This document shows, piece after piece, positions 55,299 to 64,000 of a stretch of 64,000 nucleotides of DNA. The notes below the pieces were generated by a model. The model saw nothing but the letters and a program-made list of their open reading frames with translations. It made no database searches and was not told the origin of the DNA. How positions within the stretch are numbered: position 1 is the stretch's first letter; the number at the start of each line of letters is the position of its first letter. A program made the translations under genes and the position numbers. Source of the DNA: Octopus vulgaris (taxonomy: Eukaryota). The stretch spans positions 46,004,001-46,068,000 of the forward strand of contig OX597835.1 of the NCBI GenBank assembly GCA_951406725.2, written 5' to 3'.

Positions 55299-55633
55299 CT
55301 TCGTTATTATTATTGTCCAACACTTGATAGTTTCAGGCAAGTTTCTACCGCATCACCTGCTGCACCTCTCTGTTGCTGCATTCTGTGCAGCATGGTATTC
55401 TCTTTCTTGCTGGTCGGGGAGTGCAAATGCTTCCCGGTATTGTAATACATCTGTTTCTTTTTGTCAATGAAATGCTGTGCAGTTTTTTCTTGTATATTGT
55501 GTTGTATATTGTGTGATGTGTGTGTAATGCGTTGGTTAAACGGACGGCTGGTGGATGTTTTATTTTACTGAACATTTACTGTATTCTGTTTGTGGATTGT
55601 TTTATTAGGGTTGTTGTCATTATAATTATTTAG

Positions 55634-55792
55634 ACGATTAGCTGGTAGAATCGTTAACACGCTTAGCGGTAATTCGCCCATCAATACTTTCTTTGTATTC
55701 TGCCTTCATCGATAAATTAAGTACCAGTGAAACAGTGGCTTCAATGTAATCGACTAATCGTCTCCCGACAAATTTCAGTCCTTGTGCCTTTA
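55634..55792 (+). mobile_element. SINE family A, internally deleted
   Basis: agctggtagaatcgttaacacgcttagcgg..tcgataaattaagtaccag..aaatttcagtccttgtgcct. Confidence 0.7.
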
Positions 55793-56159
55793 TTGTTGTT
55801 GTTGTTTTTGTTGTTGCTGCTGTTCTTGTTGATGTAGTTGTTATTCTACTCCATCTCCTTCTCCATGATCTTTATCGTTATCTCTCCTTCCCCCGAAATT
55901 GCCTCACTTCTAAATTCCTTGCATCTAGTCAACTTCTACTCCTAACGGCCATGTTAAAATATATTTTGGAACATGTATTTGCATCCAGCATTTGCGGATG
56001 GGGATTAAATGTAATTTTAATCCTTAAAACCAGCCATTGCCTTATTTTCCTTTATATCAACACCATAGTCTAAATAACGACAATATCGACAGTAACAACA
56101 GCACCAACAACAATGATGACGATGACGTCAACGGCAACAGCAACAATCACATCTGAAAC

Positions 56160-56358
56160 AATATCAATATATATAGAAACGATAATAATAATAATAATAA
56201 TAGTAATAGTAATAATAATAATAACAACAATAATAATAATGATAATAATAATAATAATAACAACAATAATAATAACAACAATAATAATAATGATAATAAT
56301 AATAATGATAATAATAATAATAATAATAATAACAATAACAATGGTAATAATAATAATC

Positions 56359-56389
<31 letters not shown>

Positions 56390-56722
56390 TAACAATGATA
56401 ATAATAATAATCATAATAAGAAGAAGAAGAACAATGATAATAATAATAACAATAATAACAATAATAATAATAATAATAATAATGATAATAATAATAATAA
56501 TATTAATAATAACAATAACAATGATAATAAAAATAATAATAATAATAATAATAATGATAATAATCATGATTATAATAATAATGTAATAATAATTATGATG
56601 ATGATGATAATGATGACGATGATGATGATGATGATGATGATGATAATAATAATAATAATAATAATAGTAATAATAACAATAACAATAACAATAACAATAA
56701 CAATAATAATAACAATAATAAC

Positions 56723-56812
<90 letters not shown>

Positions 56813-56826
56813 CATAATAATAATAC

Positions 56827-56869
<43 letters not shown>

Positions 56870-56870
56870 G
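56160..56870. repeat. (AAT/AAC/GAT)n compound tract
   Basis: About 700 bp of trinucleotide repeats. Confidence 0.95.
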
Positions 56871-57837
56871 GTCGAGGATGATGATGAGGATTATAACAAT
56901 GAGTCTAATTTGTTGTTTCGAATGAATTCCTTTTCTATTGAGCACATTTATCTAAACGAAATTTATATGTTTATATTTAATCTGAACAAAGAGAAATTAA
57001 CGTTTCACTCTCTACTACCTCTCTATAAATTTGTAGATCAGTCTAACCTATATATACATACATCCATTCAAACATATATATATGTCTATAACATACTTGA
57101 AATTGAAAACGCCAGTTTGCACAAAGGTAATGAATACTTATAAATGAATACCTACAAGAAATCCCGCGTATATGTTTGTTCAAGTGGTAAAACTCATATA
57201 ACGAGGCAAATATATAAACCAAACGTACCTGTGAGTGCTAATATGCGCGCGTATTCGGCCGTAGCTGCAAGAAAGTGTGTGTGTGTGTGTGTATGTGCAT
57301 GTGTGTGTGTGTGTGTATGTGTGTGTGTGTGAGTGTTGTTGTGCGTGCGTGTTTTTGTGGTGTAAACATGCATTTAAAAAAAAATCTGAGATATATATTT
57401 TCGCACTTTTAAATAGACATTTAGCTGTGTGTATGTGTATGAGTGTGTGTGAGTGTGTCTATATATATATATACATATGCACATATACATATAAATGTAT
57501 ATTTCCATGTATGTATGTGTATATATATATATATACGTGTGTGTGTATTTATGTATGTACGTATGTATGCATGTATTACAAATTTCCAATTTGTATAACA
57601 CTGAGTGAAGAACTCGCAAACATAGAGAGTAGATATACAGACGAGCACTTGCACACATGGGCAATATATATGTATATATATAATACAATATGCATATCTA
57701 TATATGTATATATATGCGTGTGCGTGTGTTCATGTGTTTGTATAAATATATATATACAAATATATTTGTAAGATATGTATATGTATACGTATGTATACAA
57801 TATGAGCTTGGTGGTTAAGTATATACATATACATATA

Positions 57838-57873
<36 letters not shown>

Positions 57874-58120
57874 TGTATGTATGTATGTATTATGTATGTA
57901 TGTATGTATGAATATATACATAGGAATGCATGCATCTGTATGGGTGTGCGTTATATATATATATGCCTATTAAGTGCAGGATCATGCCTGTGACTACATA
58001 CGTGCGATGGAGTGAGTTAATATGTAGAATATATGTAAAGAAAATTCCGAAAAAAATAACTAGGCAAAAATATATATATATATATAAAAATGCACACATA
58101 TATATAAAATATATACACAC

Positions 58121-58219
<99 letters not shown>

Positions 58220-58530
58220 ATACGAATATATATATACACACACATACGCATAAGCTGTTGCAGGAAATTGCTTTATTGCTGTTGAAGCTAACAATATATA
58301 TTACGAAGATTCGTTGCTATGACACTGCAATATGAGAATATAAAACAGAACTCCACAGTTAACATTCGCTAGATATGATAGTGACAAACAGACTCTTTGT
58401 CGTCTCCATGAATGTACCATTAAATATATATAACACATACACGCACAGACATTCATATACACTCATAGACACCCACACAAACGCACACACGCACACACAC
58501 ACACACACAAACACACTTGTGTTTACACAC

Positions 58531-58580
<50 letters not shown>

Positions 58581-58706
58581 ATATGTATATAAATTTAGGA
58601 TTATTTATGCGTAGCGTGATATACGTGTGCATATCTACCTTTGCTTAGCCACGTTTACGTTTCGTAATACATATACACGCAAACACACATTTATATACAC
58701 ACGCAG

Positions 58707-58746
<40 letters not shown>

Positions 58747-58779
58747 CTGCGTGTGTATATAAATGTGTATATATGTGTG

Positions 58780-58824
<45 letters not shown>

Positions 58825-59152
58825 ATACATATATACATCTCTGTATTTATGTGTATATATATATCTGTATATATCTATGTATCTATTTGGCATTCTCAAT
58901 GTTTTCACATTCAACACATGTGGTAAAATAATAATGCATTATATTTTATGTTTTTCTACAAAGAAGCTCATATTGCAATTAATGTCCTCACGTATTAAAC
59001 GATGTATATTTATATATGAATGCAAGTTAGGATTTTAAACAAAGAGCCGGCCTGAATTGATGAGATATCACTATATCTGCAGAAACTGAATAAAATCATA
59101 TATAAAAAGATAGATAGATTGATAGATAAATAGATTGATATATATATATATA

Positions 59153-59196
<44 letters not shown>

Positions 59197-59503
59197 ACAG
59201 AAAGAGCTACTAACTGTTTCATTCATTCATGAGACTAGAACTGGTATATTTATAAAGTACGCTATGTATCTTAAAGCAGTCTTTCAGGCTGTGTTTATGC
59301 GTTTATATTTTAGCAAACAAGGACACGGTATAGGAAGAAAATACGAACAAGATGTGAATATTTAAAGATTGGTATAAAAAACTGGAACGAGAAAAAAAGA
59401 AACGAAATGAAGAAAGTTAAGATCCTCGTCCTCCCTAATTTCTGAAAACCCATTAAATACGACTGGTTTATAACAAAATCCCTTCATACATACATACTTA
59501 TAT

Positions 59504-59581
<78 letters not shown>

Positions 59582-59584
<3 letters not shown>

Positions 59585-59800
59585 AAATGGGACAAGAGTG
59601 CAAAGCATCCAAATAAACGATACAAAAAACACGGACGGGTTTCCAAACCTCTAATCTTCAGTCAAAAACCAGATCCTCCTCGCAATTTCGGCTGATTAAT
59701 CTTGAGATTGCTCCAATCTGGCCAGCCCCAAGGAAAAACTAAGCTACGAGCAGTAGATGTCTTGAAAAAAGTATCGAATGTATACGAAACATGGACCCAA
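59582..59800 (-). mobile_element. (TA)n-adjacent short repeat, homologous to 35195-35340
   Basis: Reverse-complement similarity to 35195-35340. Confidence 0.7.
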
Positions 59801-60316
59801 AAATCGGACGATGTTACACGAATATAAATACAAAAAAATATATATATAATACGAATATAAATACAAAAAAAACTGTTATAATAATAATAATAACAGGACA
59901 TGACAACAGGTGTCTTTTGAAAAATAAGGCCTTACGGAAGACGAAGAGTGCGGTGTTAACGTGCCGGTGGTCCGAAGCAAGAGAGCTATAGTTGGCCAGC
60001 GGTCACGTGAGAAAAGAAGAGAGAGGAAAAGAGGGACAAAGGAATTAAAGAGGGGGAGAAGAGAGAGAAAAAGAGGAACAAAAGTATTAAGGAGGGGGAG
60101 AAGAGAGAGAGCGTGTAGACCGAAGAATCAAGGATTGGCGAGAAAAAGAAAGACAGGGACAGTGAAGTGCAAATTAAGAAGCAAAGCAATGTGAGAGAGG
60201 GAGGGGAGAGAGTGTTGAAGTAGTACAAAGTCTAGTGAAATGTGTACTTACATATAAGAGAATAAAGTGTATATATATATCTGTAAATATAATAAGTGAC
60301 AATTATACGGTAGCTA

Positions 60317-60379
60317 AGATAAATGTCTGAGTTTCGGATGCCGAGGTGGAAATCCACACCACCATCTCTTCAGTTATCT
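60317..60379 (-). ncRNA. Degenerate hammerhead motif with long stem II
   Basis: agataa-CTGAAGA-gatg..(gtggatttccac)..catcc-GAAA-CTCAGA-cat-ttatct. The cleavage triplet appears mutated. Confidence 0.5.
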
Positions 60380-60984
60380 GGCCATCGGAAAAACGCTATG
60401 AAAAAAGACCGTTATATAAAGGGAAATTACTGTGTCCGCTATTTATTCAAAAGCGCTATTCGAATGACCGCTAATTAAGGTAAGGTAAGAAGTTCATAGT
60501 ATACGCGTAAGCACGCCTGTTCATACGTATACATGTGCGCTCGCACACCCACATCCGTACGCATGCATCACTAGAAAAACGTACACATCTTCACTCGCAT
60601 TTTTCACGAAATTTATATGCATATACATACAAAGCCACACACGCGCACCGTAAAATTTCATACATACGTCTATATACGCACAAGCACAAGAAAAAAGAGT
60701 AAACCACATTCATATATGGACATACCTTTATGCACGCACACACACACACATGCCCATATACGCACATACCCGCACACGTCTATGTACGCATATACACACA
60801 TGCGCGCACAAAAAGGATTATACATACGTCTAAAAAAAGGAAAAATTGTAAGAATACTGAGTAAAATCTCTCTATATATATATCTACTCTTATGCCCGCA
60901 CACACGCACTCATCTGTATACATACATACCTGCACACACGTACACATCTACATGCGCGTACGTATGATTCCATATACACGTCTA

Positions 60985-61540
60985 GATAGGCACAAGGAAA
61001 ATGCAGGGTGGAAGGTAGTGTACAGAAAAAATTATGTGTAGAAAACCTATATCTATAAACCAAATTCTCTATAATATAAATATATGAAAAAATAAAAGTA
61101 AAAGGTATAATGAGATAGAAAATATTTTGCGTGGACATAATATAGAAAGCATGTTCTATCTGTAGTGTTGGGGTGACCAAAAACGTAACAAAAATTTGGT
61201 CACATGTGGACATGATCTGAATAGTTCTGTCCTTGAGTTTTAACATGTAGCAGGTTCTAAGCTGCTTTTCCAGATGAGTCATCTTTCCATGTCGCATAGA
61301 CCGCACTTTCCGCTGCCGTTGGTGTAGTGCTTACATTTAGCTAAAATCTTCCAGTGGATGTTGTAACTGACACCTTTATATTTTAAAGACCATATATGAT
61401 TGGATAATTTTGACGTTTTCCTTTTGTCCCAGTGCCTAAAGCTCAAGGTGTGGTTATTGAACCTGGCCTTGAAATTACACTCTGTAAGGCCCACGTATTT
61501 TTTCGTCGAAACCGTATCTTTAGGGGGTATAGAGTCCACG
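60985..61540 (-). mobile_element. Penelope-like element 3' fragment (GIY-YIG endonuclease)
   Basis: ORF 61279-61539 KKYVGLTECNFKARFNNHTLSFRH..SKLSNHIWSLK..YNIHWKIL..KCGLCDME, continuing NSRTELFRSCPHVTKF. This is the typical PLE GIY-YIG C-terminal pattern. Confidence 0.85.
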
Positions 61541-61897
61541 GTATGTATAATCCTTTTTGTGCGTGCGTGTGTGTGTATGCGTATATAGACGTGTGCGGGT
61601 CTTTATCTCATTCTAGAGTGTCGTCAGCATTTCATATACCATACCATTTTCTCCTCCTCCTCCTCCTTCTTCTTCTTCTTCTTCTTCTTCTTCTTCTTCT
61701 TCTTCTGCTTTTTTCTTCTGTCAAAATATAAGAAGATTAGAAGTTTGTTTTAAAAGTAATTTGATTATAATATGATAGTGTGATCTTAAGGTGTTTGCTA
61801 TTATTACTATTATTATTATCAAATTCCGCTGAGGTCGACTTTGTATTTCACACATACACAGACATACATGCATACATACATACTTATATGTATATAA

Positions 61898-62047
61898 ATG
61901 AGCTGGTCCAAACAGTACGTCGGACGAAATGCTTAGCGTTTATTTTGTCGGTCCTTACCTTTATAAGTTCAAATTCTGCCAAGGTTTCTTTTCCCGGGGT
62001 CGATAAAATAAGTGCCAGTTGAGCATAGGGCTCAATGTAATCGACTG
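61898..62047 (+). mobile_element. SINE family A degenerate copy
   Basis: gagctgg..cgaaatgcttagcg..agttcaaattctgcc..ggggtcgataaaataagtgccag..tgtaatcgact. Confidence 0.75.
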
Positions 62048-62264
62048 AATTACTGGTATGTATGAGTATAGAACAATAAGCTGCATCCCTGTGTCAAGCC
62101 ATGTCGAGCCAGTGTTGGAGAGTAGGCTTATCAAACCAAGATATCAGGCTCATATTCATAGCCTAAACATCAGATTTTGGAGAAAACACACCGAAGCCCT
62201 CGTACCTGTAGTGCACTGAACACGGTCAATCCAATCCAGTCCAATCCCCACTCTCTCTCTCTCT

Positions 62265-62300
<36 letters not shown>

Positions 62301-62368
62301 CTCTCTCTCTCTCTCTCTCTTTTTCTCTCTCTCTCTCTCTCTTTTTCTCTCTCTCTCTCTCTCTCTCT

Positions 62369-62402
<34 letters not shown>

Positions 62403-64000
62403 GCAAACCTATATACATTTATATATAACTACACTGCCAAGCACACCCCATACACACAAAGACCCATTTCTGCACAATACGCTCATATACATATAGACAT
62501 ACATGTGTGAGACTGTATGTATGTATATATGTAAGTATGCATCTATGCATGTATGTATATATGTAAATATGTATGTATGCATGTATGTATGTATGTATGT
62601 ATTTACGATGAAAGTTAGGCGCAAAATGCGAAAGCGTAGAGGCGTTAAAGTTCGTTTATTCCTTTCATCACTAAGTTGCTGGTATCGCTGTTAGTTTTGT
62701 CACCTTCGAATGTAAACGCTTCCACGAGCATTAATCAATATTATACTCCTTGTTTATTTCTTTTATCATATATGTTCTCCATAACAGTTTCAACTTTATC
62801 TGCGAGTGCGCCTGTGTATATGTGTTTTTGTGTCTCTGTGTGTCTCGGTTATCGTATAAATCTTTACTCAGATTGTTATATATCATAAAATTTACTAGTA
62901 CAAAAATCTTAAGATCGATATATCACATCTGTTTGTTGTGTACCGGGTTTTATATGTATTAGGCTAAGATACAAGGAAGCCTTTTAACATGAATAAGGAA
63001 ACGATAATAAATAGATTTATTATTTAAAACTTTTTGTTAAATCCGCAAAAAAAAAAATTAATTTTTAGTATATTTCTGAATATTATTTTTAGATCTGTGT
63101 ATTAGTTGGCAGGCAACCACAAATTCAATTGCAAATGTGCATTATACTACGTTACCCGTTTTTATTGGACGACATTTAAGTTTTTTGTGGTCAATAACCG
63201 AAAGCTTACAATTTCAAGCTGGCCCCCCCACAATATGTCTAGACACCTCAATTTTATAGGCCACCTCTTTGAATGTCCTGCGAATATCATGTTCTATTTA
63301 ACCTTAGTGTCGACAATAACGTTTTAAAAAACATGAACATTTTATCATTATATACGTTATACAGCGCCGCCTAATCTTTACTCTATTACTATAGTCGTCC
63401 AGAGATGATTCGGTTTGCGGTTCCTCCGCACAAAATTTGACCACCTAACTGGATATTTTGCTACTACTCTATAATCTGCAGCGCTTTTACATTCGACAGT
63501 ATTTAGAAGGAACTGTATGTTATCTAGGGAATATATATATATATGGTCATATGTTTCAGTCTCCATTTGCGCATGTGTGCTTGTCTGTTCTTATAACCTA
63601 TGTACCTTTCCGTCTGTATATTTTCATGTCTATATACTTATATACATGTGCATATACACATATATACATATATATACACACGCACATATTATTACAGCAT
63701 CCATGTAATAATTTAAATTATTTTTTAAGGGAAGGTTAATCTCCGATATTATATTAGGCTTTTAAGAATATCTACGTAAATATTCACAAGGTTGGAAAGT
63801 AATATGTATTCCTTACATTTAAAATTACAATCAGTTTTCAGATCTGTGAAGAGTGATATAAATATTTCTTTATATTTTTCCACATTTCTCTCTGACACAC
63901 CATTAGATCACATTGAAAATTTGGTTAACAATATATTTACAACAGACAGTTTTCCCGTTAAGCTAACCAAAAATCAATTATCAAATAAGAAACTACGTTG

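Overview
AT-rich, microsatellite-saturated animal genomic DNA, most likely octopus; this is inferred from the tRNA-derived SINE families and the (TA)n/(TATG)n/(GATA)n/(TAA)n profile, not from a marker gene. No host protein-coding gene is firmly identifiable, and almost all long ORFs in the track are translations of simple repeats. The window is a dense mobile-element landscape. It holds a full-length, lightly disabled hAT (Charlie/SPIN-like) transposon with TIRs and an 8-bp TSD (45633-48551), R4/Dong-like REL-LINE fragments stacked in (TAA)n, a young Tx1/L1-clade 3' end inserted in (GATA)n, and RTE, Mariner, Helitron/Helentron and Penelope (GIY-YIG) remnants, plus three SINE families. Main observations: (1) about ten short cassettes, nearly all in or beside (TA)n and two of them long palindromes, carry minimal type-I hammerhead ribozyme motifs with core variants, including compensatory G3-C8 and U3-A8 swaps; (2) a young SINE subfamily shares its 3' tail (34/41 nt) with the (GATA)n-inserted Tx1 LINE, suggesting a SINE-LINE partnership; (3) different retroelement clades appear to occupy different microsatellite motifs. 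A unique island at about 39.5-39.9 kb may be a host first exon. All calls are by eye; no database searches were run.
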